Of a DNA stretch of 33,712 nucleotides, positions 17,824-26,614 are shown in pieces. Source of the DNA: a bacterium. GTDB lineage: Bacteria; JACRDZ01; JAQUKH01. The notes beneath the pieces were generated by a model, which searched no databases, was not told the DNA's origin, and saw nothing but the letters and a program-made list of their open reading frames with translations. Numbering within the stretch: position 1 is the first letter of the stretch; every line of letters begins with the position of its first letter. A program made the translations under genes and the position numbers. Where the stretch lies: assembly GCA_028719205.1 (NCBI GenBank), contig JAQUKH010000027.1, positions 1 to 33,712 of the forward strand. The letters are read 5' to 3'.

Positions 17824-19189
17824 TATTTTAAGAAATAAACGTTTTGAAAATGATGTCAGTAATTTGACCCTGGATTTTGTAGAATCGATTTCTTTTGATA
17901 AAAGGCTTGCCGGATATGATATCTCAGGAAGCCTGGCGCATGTTACAATGCTTTCGAAATGCAAGATCATCCCGAAAAATGACGCGGATAAAATAATAAA
18001 AGGATTAAAAGAAATTGGCCTTGAAATCGCGGAGGGAAAGTTCAGATTTAAAACGGAACTCGAGGATATTCACTTTAATATTGAATCACGGTTAAAAGAA
18101 AAAATCGGATCTGTCGCGGGAAAGCTTCATACGGCAAGAAGCAGGAATGACCAGGTGGCGCTGGACCTGCGTTTATTTTTGCGTGAAGAAGTAAAATTGC
18201 AGATCGTGCAGATAAAAAAAATGCAGCATATTTTATTAAATATAGCGGAGAAAAATATTGATCTGATAATGCCCGGATACACGCATCTCCAGCACGCGCA
18301 GCCGGTTTCACTGGCTCATCATTTTTTGGCGTATTATTTCATGTTCCAAAGAGATAAAGAAAGGCTGACAGAAACATTGACAAGGATAAATGTTATGCCT
18401 CTCGGTTCAGCAGCTCTGGCAGGAACGGCATTCCCGATCGACAGGAATTATACGGCAAAACTTCTTAATTTTCCTAAAATAGCAGAGAACAGCATGGACG
18501 CGGTTTCAGACCGTGATTTTGCCGTCGAATATTTATTTGATGCCTCCCTGATAATAATGCACCTGAGCAGGCTCAGCGAAGAATTAATATTATGGTCCAG
18601 CCAGGAATTCAGTTTTATTGAAATAAACGATGAGTTTACGACAGGAAGCAGTATTATGCCGCAGAAGAAAAATCCGGATATCTGTGAACTGGTAAGAGGG
18701 AAAACCGGCCGGGTTTATGGAAATCTTATCTCAATGCTTACAATAATGAAATCTCTTCCGATGACCTATAACAGGGACCTGCAGGAGGATAAGGAAGCTG
18801 TTTTTGATTCAGTGGATACTTTGGAAAAATGCCTGGAAATTTATATAGCGATGCTTCCAAAAATAAAATTTAATGAGAAAAATATGGCGCAGTCAGCGGC
18901 ACTAGGATTTCTTGAAGCTACGGAGATCGCCGATTATCTTGTCAGAGAAGGTATGCCGTTCCGTGACGCGCATTCAATAACCGGTAAAATTGTCCGCTAT
19001 TGCCTGAAAAATAATATAAGATTTCTGGACCTGGATATCGGAACATTCCGCTCATTCTCGGATTTGTTCAGGGATGACATTTATGAGCATGTTACTTTAA
19101 CCCAGTCTGTTGACAGTAAAAAGTCTTTTGGAGGGACTTCATTTAAAAATATCAAAGAAACGATCAGAAAAGAAAAAGGAAGGCTTTAA
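17816..19189 (+). CDS. argH: Argininosuccinate lyase
   Basis: HTARSRNDQ, PGYTHLQHAQP, GSSIMPQKKNPD and YNRDLQEDK. Confidence 0.97.
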   Translation: MANILRNKRFENDVSNLTLDFVESISFDKRLAGYDISGSLAHVTMLSKCKIIPKNDADKIIKGLKEIGLEIAEGKFRFKTELEDIHFNIESRLKEKIGSVAGKLHTARSRNDQVALDLRLFLREEVKLQIVQIKKMQHILLNIAEKNIDLIMPGYTHLQHAQPVSLAHHFLAYYFMFQRDKERLTETLTRINVMPLGSAALAGTAFPIDRNYTAKLLNFPKIAENSMDAVSDRDFAVEYLFDASLIIMHLSRLSEELILWSSQEFSFIEINDEFTTGSSIMPQKKNPDICELVRGKTGRVYGNLISMLTIMKSLPMTYNRDLQEDKEAVFDSVDTLEKCLEIYIAMLPKIKFNEKNMAQSAALGFLEATEIADYLVREGMPFRDAHSITGKIVRYCLKNNIRFLDLDIGTFRSFSDLFRDDIYEHVTLTQSVDSKKSFGGTSFKNIKETIRKEKGRL

Positions 19190-19193
19190 AATA

Positions 19194-19790
19194 ATGGATC
19201 TATGCAGGGACGTGATATTGAAAGAACTTAGAAAGATCCAGGGACGGGAACTTTTTACACATTCAAAAGCGACAAGCCAGATGGCTGTCAGCCTCGCTGA
19301 AAATCTGAATATAAAAAACCCATCATTAAAAATTGATATAAAAAAAGTTGAAATAGCTTCTCTGCTCCATGACTGGGCAAAAGGATTTTCGAAAAGCAAA
19401 CTGATAGGCCTCGCGAAAAAATATAAATTAAATATTGATGATTTTGAATTAAAAAATCCGGGGCTGCTGCATGGGCCTGTAGGCGCCGCGGTAGTGGAAA
19501 AGAAATTAGGCGTTAAAGACAGGGTAATACTGAAGGCCATAAAAAATCATACTACGGGTGACAGCAGTATGAGCGTTTTTGATAAAATAATTTTCGTCGC
19601 TGATCATATTGAGATGAACCGTGATTACCGTATGGTAGAAGAAATACGCGGTATAGCGGTAGATGATTTTAAACAGGCGGTCATTATGGTGATCGAGAAT
19701 AAAATATTTTATGTTTTGCAAAAAAGGGCCCTGCTTCATCCAAAAACAATATCCGCGTGGAACGCGGCCATTAAAGAACAAAGGAGATAA
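19194..19790 (+). CDS. yqeK: HD-domain Ap4A hydrolase, YqeK family
   Basis: HS..T, LLHDWAK, LLHGPVGA, HTTG and FVADHIE..R; lies next to rsfS. ATG 19194 avoids overlap with argH. Confidence 0.85.
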   Translation: MDLCRDVILKELRKIQGRELFTHSKATSQMAVSLAENLNIKNPSLKIDIKKVEIASLLHDWAKGFSKSKLIGLAKKYKLNIDDFELKNPGLLHGPVGAAVVEKKLGVKDRVILKAIKNHTTGDSSMSVFDKIIFVADHIEMNRDYRMVEEIRGIAVDDFKQAVIMVIENKIFYVLQKRALLHPKTISAWNAAIKEQRR

Positions 19791-19792
19791 AA

Positions 19793-20152
19793 TTGGCGAG
19801 ACCAAAAAAAGATTCGACTGAGTATTATGTTGCAATGATCAAAAAGGTAATTGAGGATAAAAAGGGCAATGATATCGTAACCCTTGATATGAAGGGTTTC
19901 TCTTTTACCGATTATTTTATAATAGCGAGCGGTGAAACCGCGATACAGTTGAACGCGATCGCGGACGAAATGATAATTAAACTTGATGAACACGGCAAGT
20001 CTCACTGCCGCCGTGAAGGAAAACAGGATTCAAAATGGATCCTGCTGGATTTTGGAGATATCGTTGTGCATTTATTTGAAGAGAACGTAAGAAAATATTT
20101 TAACCTCGAAAGGCTTTGGTATAAGGAAAAGCCTAAGGCTAAAAAGGAATAA
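19793..20152 (+). CDS. rsfS: Ribosome silencing factor (Iojap)
   Basis: DKKGNDI, DYFIIASG, WILLDFGDIVVHLF and YFNLERLW. Confidence 0.95.
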   Translation: MARPKKDSTEYYVAMIKKVIEDKKGNDIVTLDMKGFSFTDYFIIASGETAIQLNAIADEMIIKLDEHGKSHCRREGKQDSKWILLDFGDIVVHLFEENVRKYFNLERLWYKEKPKAKKE

Positions 20153-20154
20153 TA

Positions 20155-21849
20155 ATGCGGGAAAAGATCAAAGAAGAATTATCCCGAAAGATTAGAGACG
20201 CCGCCGGTAAATATATTTTAGAGTTAAAACTGGATCTGACGGTAATGCCTCACATAAACCTGGAATCTCCGAAAGACAAGGCGCACGGGGATTTCGCGTC
20301 CAACATCGCTCTGCAATTATCTAAACAGTTGAAACTTGCGCCGCGTATTATCGCTGAAGCGATCATTAAATATTTTGATCCTGATTGTTCATGGATAAAA
20401 AAGAAGGAGATAGCGGGGCCGGGGTTTATCAATTTTTATCTTCATGATTCATGGCTTTTTGAAATAATACCGGAGGTGATAAAACAGAAAAAGAAATATG
20501 GTTCCTCCGATATCGGGAAGAATCAAAAAGTAATGGTTGAATTTGTAAGCGCGAATCCTACGGGGCCTTTACATGTGGGGCATGGCAGGGGAGCTGTTGT
20601 CGGTGATGTAATAGCGAATATTATGGAATTCGCGGGTTTTTCTGTGACACGGGAATTTTATATAAATGATACCGGTAACCAGATGGAATTATTGGGACTT
20701 TCTGCATGGATAAGATACCAGGAGTTGCTGGGAGAAGAAATAAAATTCCCGGATAACGGTTATAAAGGGGATTATATAAAAGATATCGCGAAGCAATTTT
20801 TTGCAAAATATAAGGATAACTATAAACGCGGCGCGAAAGAAGAATATCCGGGTAAAACAAATATTAAGATATTTTCAAAATTTACAGGGAATTATATTTT
20901 AAAAAATATTAAAGAAGACCTTAACATATTCGGCGTTAAATTTGATAATTGGTTCACGGAAAAATCTCTTCATGAATCCGGGCAGGTTAAAAGTGCCATT
21001 GAAGAGCTTCGGCAAAAAGGTTATATTTATGAGCAGGATGGAGCTCAATGGTTCAAATCGACTGTGTTCGGTGATGATAAAGACAGGGTTGTCATTACAA
21101 AAGAGAACAAAACAACTTACTTCGCCGCGGATATCGCGTATCATAGAAATAAATATGAAAGAGGCTTTGACAAATTAATTGATATCTGGGGCGCGGATCA
21201 CCATGGCTATATTAAAAGAGTAAAAGCTGTTGTTGAGGCCTTTGGCCATCCGTATGATTCCCTGGACATTATCATGATACAACTGGTATCGCTTATGAGA
21301 AATGGCGTGCCCGTTTCCATGTCCAAAAGGGACGCGGAATTTGTGACGTTAAAAGAGATCATAGATGAAGTGGGAAGCGATGTTTCCAGATTTTTCTTTT
21401 TAATGAGGAGCTGTGACAGTGACCTGGAATTTGACCTGGAACTCGCTAAAAAAGAGTCTATGGAAAATCCTGTTTATTATATCCAGTACGCGTATGCCCG
21501 GATCTCAAGTATTTTCAGGGAAATGGAAAATCAAAAAATAAAATTAGTTCCGTTAAGCAAGATTGACTTTAATGAATTAAAAGAGGAACATGAGACCGAA
21601 CTTGTAAAAAAACTGGCTTGTTTCCCCGGGCTTCTTGTCCAATGCGCGGCCGCACATGAGCCGCATCATTTAACAAAGTATCTTCAGGAACTTGCCGGTA
21701 TATTCCACGGTTATTATAAAAAACATAAGGTGCTTTTGCCTGATCAAAAAGGGAAAATGCAGGCAAGGCTTTATCTTGTAAAATCCGTTAAGCAGGTCAT
21801 TGAAAATGGCCTTGAGCTTATGGGTGTTTCACTTCCCGAAAAAATGTAA
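20155..21849 (+). CDS. argS: Arginine-tRNA ligase
   Basis: AGPGFIN, EFVSANPTGPLHVGH, WGADHHGY, MSKR, NPVYYIQYA and terminal PEKM. Confidence 0.97.
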   Translation: MREKIKEELSRKIRDAAGKYILELKLDLTVMPHINLESPKDKAHGDFASNIALQLSKQLKLAPRIIAEAIIKYFDPDCSWIKKKEIAGPGFINFYLHDSWLFEIIPEVIKQKKKYGSSDIGKNQKVMVEFVSANPTGPLHVGHGRGAVVGDVIANIMEFAGFSVTREFYINDTGNQMELLGLSAWIRYQELLGEEIKFPDNGYKGDYIKDIAKQFFAKYKDNYKRGAKEEYPGKTNIKIFSKFTGNYILKNIKEDLNIFGVKFDNWFTEKSLHESGQVKSAIEELRQKGYIYEQDGAQWFKSTVFGDDKDRVVITKENKTTYFAADIAYHRNKYERGFDKLIDIWGADHHGYIKRVKAVVEAFGHPYDSLDIIMIQLVSLMRNGVPVSMSKRDAEFVTLKEIIDEVGSDVSRFFFLMRSCDSDLEFDLELAKKESMENPVYYIQYAYARISSIFREMENQKIKLVPLSKIDFNELKEEHETELVKKLACFPGLLVQCAAAHEPHHLTKYLQELAGIFHGYYKKHKVLLPDQKGKMQARLYLVKSVKQVIENGLELMGVSLPEKM

Positions 21850-22397
21850 TGGAAAAACAACGGCCTAATTCAGAAAATAGCAGTATATTCGGTAAGATCG
21901 TTAATTACCTGGTTATTATAACTATATTTTTCGGATTAGGATATTGGTGTGGAAAGCAAAATTATACTTACCAGACCGCGATAGATTTTCTCTCCTCTAA
22001 AAAACCGGGCATAAAAAAGGCCGTAAAACCAAAATCGGAAGAAGAAATTCCGGATGACCTGACTTATAATAAAAGTTTAAAAGATAATGATGAAATATTA
22101 TTGCCGTCTGAAAAACTTAAAGCGGGTAAAAAAGAAAGCCCGATTGAAGATAAAATAATAGTAAAACCGGTCACTCTGCAATTAGCTTCTTATAAAAAAG
22201 AAATTAATGCTATAGATCACGTTAAAAAATTAAATATGGTCGGCCTGAAGCCTTATGTAAAAAAGTATGACCTGAAAAAGCAGGGTATATGGTACAGGGT
22301 TTTATGGGGCGATTTTGAATCAAAAGAGGCCGCGTTGGAATACGCGGACCAGAATTTTAAGCCGCTTAATATATATTATATGGCTGTTGAAAAATGA
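21849..22397 (+). CDS. SPOR-domain membrane protein (FtsN-like)
   Basis: N-terminal TM helix, linker, then LQLASY...WYRVLWGDF...A; coupled to argS through TAATG. Confidence 0.8.
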   Translation: MEKQRPNSENSSIFGKIVNYLVIITIFFGLGYWCGKQNYTYQTAIDFLSSKKPGIKKAVKPKSEEEIPDDLTYNKSLKDNDEILLPSEKLKAGKKESPIEDKIIVKPVTLQLASYKKEINAIDHVKKLNMVGLKPYVKKYDLKKQGIWYRVLWGDFESKEAALEYADQNFKPLNIYYMAVEK

Positions 22398-24304
22398 GAA
22401 TTATAAAATTTACAATATTCTTGTTGTTAATTTTATCCTGTGTATATGCCCAGGATGTTGAATTTGGAAAAGTGGAACAGGGCCAGTTAGATTCCTTCCG
22501 TTTTAATCAGAAACAAATAGATTTTTTAAAGTCAAACGGGTTTGTAATAGTTAAAAGATCCGAACCTGTGATCAATTTTAATGACGTTTATCAATATAAT
22601 CTGGATCACGACATTCCTAATTATGTAACGATCGATTCAATCCTGAATACTACCTCAAAGATAATACATAAATATTTATGGCTTATTGAAACAGAGCATT
22701 TATATCCGGATCTGATCTCGCTTTCAAAAGCCCTGTACGAAAGTTCATTAGATTATTATAAAAATGCCGGTGACCCGAAATTAAAAACAGCCGCGCTGGA
22801 TAATTGCTGTTTCTTCGCCGTGGCAATGGCAATTGCTGATGAAAAATTTGTTCCGCCTTTGGAAATAAAGAGCAAAGTTATGGCAGAAATCGAGCTGCTT
22901 AAGGCTGAGAAGGGTGTAAATAAATCTCCGTTATTTCAGGTGAATGATGATTATTCTTATTTCGCTCCAACTGCTTATTACCGGGCTTCAAAGAATTTGA
23001 GCAGCTATTTTAAGATAAAAGAGTGGTTCAGCAGAAAAAGTTTTATTCTTGAAACGGATGTGACCAGGGAATTGAAGGCGTCAAATATTCTGCATAATGC
23101 CAGGTGCTCCTTATTGATATATCTTGCGATAAATGAAGGAAAAACAGAGACAGATAAAACAAAGAGTATCTGGGAGAAAATTAATCAGTTGTATTCTTTG
23201 TTCTTTCAACGCGATGAAAAATATAATTTTTTCGATTATGACCATGTTTGTTTTAAGATATTCAGCGGCCCGCCTTCAATAAACCAGTTAAAAGATGACA
23301 GAATGATAGAAAACTTTCTGGCCGAATTAAAAAAATACCGGAAATACAGCCTTCGAACGCAGCCTGCTCAATATGTCCTTTTTAACGCCCAGATATCTTT
23401 TAATAAATATTTATTATCCCTGCGAAAAGATCCGTCCGATTTTTCAGATCTCATTAATATATTTGGTATACCGGGAGATAATGGGATTCAGGAAAACGCG
23501 GATGTGATAAAACAGATAAAAAATATGGAAGAAAATTACTGGTTTACAAGTATAGAGATACGCAAAAAAACATGGAACGCCATTCCTGCCTCGTTTAAAT
23601 TGACTAATCCGTTAAAAATAAATAACAGATTATGGAATAAAAGAATATATTATTCATCTCTAGGTTCATGGATCGATATGACTGAAAGTAAATTAACAGG
23701 AGTGAAAAGCCCTGTAAAAATGGAAAACGCGAGATCAGGCAATATTAAATATACCCGTGGTTTTGTTGACCCTTATCCTGAAATATACCTCGCGGAGAGG
23801 GATGTAATAAAAACATTAATAAATAAATTAGCCTCATATAAAATTTTGTCGGAAAAGGCGGATGATAATTTGAATAGATATATCAGCCTTCTTGAGTTTT
23901 TATCAAAACTTTCGGAAAAAGAAATTGAGGGGAAAAGGCCTGTCAATTCTGATGAGTATCGCACAATATGGAAAATTGGTAACGAGTTAAAAGAGGTATC
24001 AAAACTTTCCGACAACTTTGAAAGCCAGTTGTTTTACGAAACTGAACAAACAGTCGCTCAAGCCGCTTTGATCGGAGATAACGGTAAAAAACAAAATATG
24101 GAAGCCGCCCTGGGTAATCCGCTCTTTTTATATGTTTTGATACCGGATGGTTCAAATTACAGTATCGCCTGCGGCCCCATTTTTTCATATTACGAATTTA
24201 ACCTGCCTGATGATAAAATTATAACAGACAATGAATGGATCGAATTGCTGTCGTTGCGTTCCCCCGCGTTTCCCGCATGGATGAAAGATATGATATATGA
24301 ATGA
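22394..24304 (+). CDS. DUF3160-like exported protein
   Basis: Signal peptide; L..NGFV, P.YVTIDSIL, DYS.F.P, GFVDPYP, GPIFSYYEF and P..P.W near the end. Confidence 0.72.
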   Translation: MRIIKFTIFLLLILSCVYAQDVEFGKVEQGQLDSFRFNQKQIDFLKSNGFVIVKRSEPVINFNDVYQYNLDHDIPNYVTIDSILNTTSKIIHKYLWLIETEHLYPDLISLSKALYESSLDYYKNAGDPKLKTAALDNCCFFAVAMAIADEKFVPPLEIKSKVMAEIELLKAEKGVNKSPLFQVNDDYSYFAPTAYYRASKNLSSYFKIKEWFSRKSFILETDVTRELKASNILHNARCSLLIYLAINEGKTETDKTKSIWEKINQLYSLFFQRDEKYNFFDYDHVCFKIFSGPPSINQLKDDRMIENFLAELKKYRKYSLRTQPAQYVLFNAQISFNKYLLSLRKDPSDFSDLINIFGIPGDNGIQENADVIKQIKNMEENYWFTSIEIRKKTWNAIPASFKLTNPLKINNRLWNKRIYYSSLGSWIDMTESKLTGVKSPVKMENARSGNIKYTRGFVDPYPEIYLAERDVIKTLINKLASYKILSEKADDNLNRYISLLEFLSKLSEKEIEGKRPVNSDEYRTIWKIGNELKEVSKLSDNFESQLFYETEQTVAQAALIGDNGKKQNMEAALGNPLFLYVLIPDGSNYSIACGPIFSYYEFNLPDDKIITDNEWIELLSLRSPAFPAWMKDMIYE

Positions 24305-24348
24305 AGGAATCATAAATGCTCAATAAAATATTGTATAATTGTAAGACA

Positions 24349-24377
24349 TTGCATTAAAAATATATATTTGATATACT
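24349..24377 (+). promoter_or_regulatory. Promoter for the nucleotidyltransferase pair
   Basis: TTGCAT, 17 nt, TATACT with a TGn extension. Confidence 0.6.
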
Positions 24378-24406
24378 GTAAATATATTTATATTGAGGGG
24401 AAATAA

Positions 24407-24901
24407 ATGCAATATGATGCCATTTTTAGAAAATTTAATGAATTAGATATAGAATACATAGTGGTAGGAGGATTGGCGGTAAATTTTCAGGGAGTTCCAC
24501 GGCTTACATACGATATTGATCTATTAATTTATTTTTCGCAGAAGAATGTGAAAAAACTTGTTAATCAATTATTGGAATGGGGATATAAACCAAAAGTTCC
24601 AGTTGATCCTTTTGATTTTGCTGATGAGACAATAAGAAAAAAATGGATAACTGAAAAAAATATGAAAGCATTTAATTTTTATAATGAAAAATCGCCCATT
24701 GCTGAAATCGATATTATTATCGATTCCCCTGTAAATTATTCTCAAGCTAAGAAAGATATTGTAAAGGTAAAACTGTATGATTTAGAAATTCCAGTCATAT
24801 CAATTCCAGATTTAATTAAGATGAAAGAATTTGCCGGAAGAAAACAGGACCTTATGGATATAGAGCATTTAAAGAGAATAGAAAATTATGAAAAAAAATA
24901 A
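24407..24901 (+). CDS. Pol-beta-like nucleotidyltransferase family protein
   Basis: VVGGLAV...G..R.T.DID and LIKMK...GRKQDLMDI. Confidence 0.8.
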   Translation: MQYDAIFRKFNELDIEYIVVGGLAVNFQGVPRLTYDIDLLIYFSQKNVKKLVNQLLEWGYKPKVPVDPFDFADETIRKKWITEKNMKAFNFYNEKSPIAEIDIIIDSPVNYSQAKKDIVKVKLYDLEIPVISIPDLIKMKEFAGRKQDLMDIEHLKRIENYEKK

Positions 24902-25094
24902 AAATGTACTTAAAAACATGAATCATACAGTTCCTTCCAAAGGATTTTCTTATTACGTCAAAGATGATCAACTGCAGGCGTATCATGAATGGCCTATTGA
25001 AAAACGGCTTGAATGGTTATACGCGGTTAATTTATTGCGAAAAGGATTGCCCTCCAGAGTAAAAAATATTCAGGATAAATTCCGTTCAGAATAA
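24888..25094 (+). CDS. Small hypothetical protein overlapping the nucleotidyltransferase gene
   Basis: 68 aa, 14-nt overlap; contains a P.EKRLEWL helix pattern. Confidence 0.6.
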   Translation: MKKNKNVLKNMNHTVPSKGFSYYVKDDQLQAYHEWPIEKRLEWLYAVNLLRKGLPSRVKNIQDKFRSE

Positions 25095-25118
25095 ACTTAA
25101 TTGGATAAATATTATTTT

Positions 25119-25145
25119 GTAGGGGTGATTCGTGAATCGCCTTAG
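25119..25145 (+). repeat. GTAG-type REP-like palindrome (degenerate)
   Basis: gtaggggtgattc-gt-gaatcgccttag. Confidence 0.65.
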
Positions 25146-25208
25146 TTTTTTACATTCTTGAATTTCTTTAGACTGGCAGTGTTTTTTTTAAAGTGCTATA
25201 ATTTTAGT

Positions 25209-26348
25209 ATGCTTATTAAAAAATCAATAGATACAAAAGAAAAGTTTCGGATACTCACTCAGGATTCCCAGTATGATCTTGCCTGTGCTTGCGGAACAAA
25301 CGATTCTGACAGAAGGCATAGATCTGAAGACGATAAGTGGATATATCCTGTTTCTCTGGGTAATGGAAGAACGACTTTCCTTTTTAAGACACTATTATCA
25401 AATGCGTGTTCTAATAACTGTAAATATTGTCCTATAAGGGCAAGTAATGATTTAAGGAGATGCTCTTTAACTCCGGAAGAGACTGTAAAGGTGTTTATGG
25501 AATATTATGGAGCAGGGAAAGTAAGCGGGCTATTCCTTTCAAGCGGGGTAATGGGAAATCCGGATAACACCATGGAAAGCATAAATAAAACCGCTATTAT
25601 CTTAAGAAGGAAGGGCTTTAGAGGATATGTGCATTTAAAGGTAATGCCTGGCGCGTCTAATGCCGCTATTGAACAGGCTGTATCTCTCGCAAGTGCGGTA
25701 TCACTTAACATAGAAACTGCCGGAGAAAAGCATTTTAACAAAATTGCATCCGGTAAGAATTACATGGATGATATCATCAGGCCTTTAAAATATATAAGTA
25801 AATTAACAGAGAAAGGCTCATTATTTGACAGGATAAAGCATACAACACAATTCATTGTCGGAGCATCGGATGAAACAGATAAAGAGATAGTTAAATATTT
25901 CTGGGGATTATACAAGAGGCTGGGTTTGAGCCGGGTATATTTCAGCGCGTACCAGAGAGGGTTGGGAACTAATGATCTTCCCGGTGAAAACTCTTCCAGC
26001 AGTAATTCTGATATCCTTTTACGTGAACATAGGTTATACCAGGCAGATTGGCTTGTTCGAAAATATGGATTTACAGAAAATGATATATTATTTGAAAAAG
26101 ATGGAAATTTGTCGCTTAAGTATGATCCTAAAGAATACTGGGCAATTAATCATCCGGCATATTTTCCTGTTAATATAAACAGGACTGATAAATATGAATT
26201 GCTGCGAGTGCCGGGTCTGGGACAAGTTACGATTGATAGAATACTTGAACTAAGAAGAAATGGTATTATGATAAAATCACTGCAGCAACTGGGTAAAATA
26301 GGTAAAAGACTAAAAAAGGCAGAACAATATGTTCGATTCGGTTATTAG
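25209..26348 (+). CDS. Putative DNA modification/repair radical SAM protein with C-terminal helix-hairpin-helix
   Basis: YDLACACG, CSNNCKYC, GLFLSSG, YVHLK, SLNIE, TQFIVGA, RVYFSAY, REHRLYQADWL and LLRVPGLG. ATG 25209 is preferred. Confidence 0.88.
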   Translation: MLIKKSIDTKEKFRILTQDSQYDLACACGTNDSDRRHRSEDDKWIYPVSLGNGRTTFLFKTLLSNACSNNCKYCPIRASNDLRRCSLTPEETVKVFMEYYGAGKVSGLFLSSGVMGNPDNTMESINKTAIILRRKGFRGYVHLKVMPGASNAAIEQAVSLASAVSLNIETAGEKHFNKIASGKNYMDDIIRPLKYISKLTEKGSLFDRIKHTTQFIVGASDETDKEIVKYFWGLYKRLGLSRVYFSAYQRGLGTNDLPGENSSSSNSDILLREHRLYQADWLVRKYGFTENDILFEKDGNLSLKYDPKEYWAINHPAYFPVNINRTDKYELLRVPGLGQVTIDRILELRRNGIMIKSLQQLGKIGKRLKKAEQYVRFGY

Positions 26349-26487
26349 AACCAAAGGCCATCATGAGAATCGATATGGAACAAAAATAGCAGAGGTTAAA
26401 AAAAAATAGCGAGGTTTCGAAATAACACCTTACCGCCCTATAGTTTCGAACTAACCGTCAAAAAACCCGCCGGATGGCACTGGATTA

Positions 26488-26510
26488 AGGACCCAGCCGG
26501 CCGCCCCTAC
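26488..26510 (-). repeat. Partial GTAG-type REP-like sequence
   Basis: Minus strand reads GTAGGGGCGGCCGGCTGGGTCCT; same GTAGGGG(C/T) head as 25119 and 28983. Confidence 0.45.
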
Positions 26511-26537
26511 ATTAATAACCAGAATTAAATGAATAAT

Positions 26538-26566
26538 TTGCAATTTCACACCGCCTATGATAAAAT
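26538..26566 (+). promoter_or_regulatory. Promoter for lpdA
   Basis: TTGCAA, 17 nt, TAAAAT with a TGn extension; AGGAG SD before ATG 26615. Confidence 0.65.
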
Positions 26567-26614
26567 TACATGAATTTACAAGCATAAATAACAAATCACA
26601 GGAGAAAATAAAAT

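Noticed and set aside
9724-25208. Extended ORF-track starts at 9724, 14394, 19110 and 25158
   Set aside because: They overlap upstream genes, repeats or promoter DNA; the ATGs at 9745, 14436, 19194 and 25209 fit better.
26322-26334. GAAC-N5-GTTC resembling a LexA box
   Set aside because: Spacing differs from the Gram-positive N4 box and it lies inside the 3' end of a CDS.
26382-26455. Possible mini-CRISPR from the repeated gtttcgaa..aac
   Set aside because: Only two 13-nt copies 16 nt apart and no cas genes.
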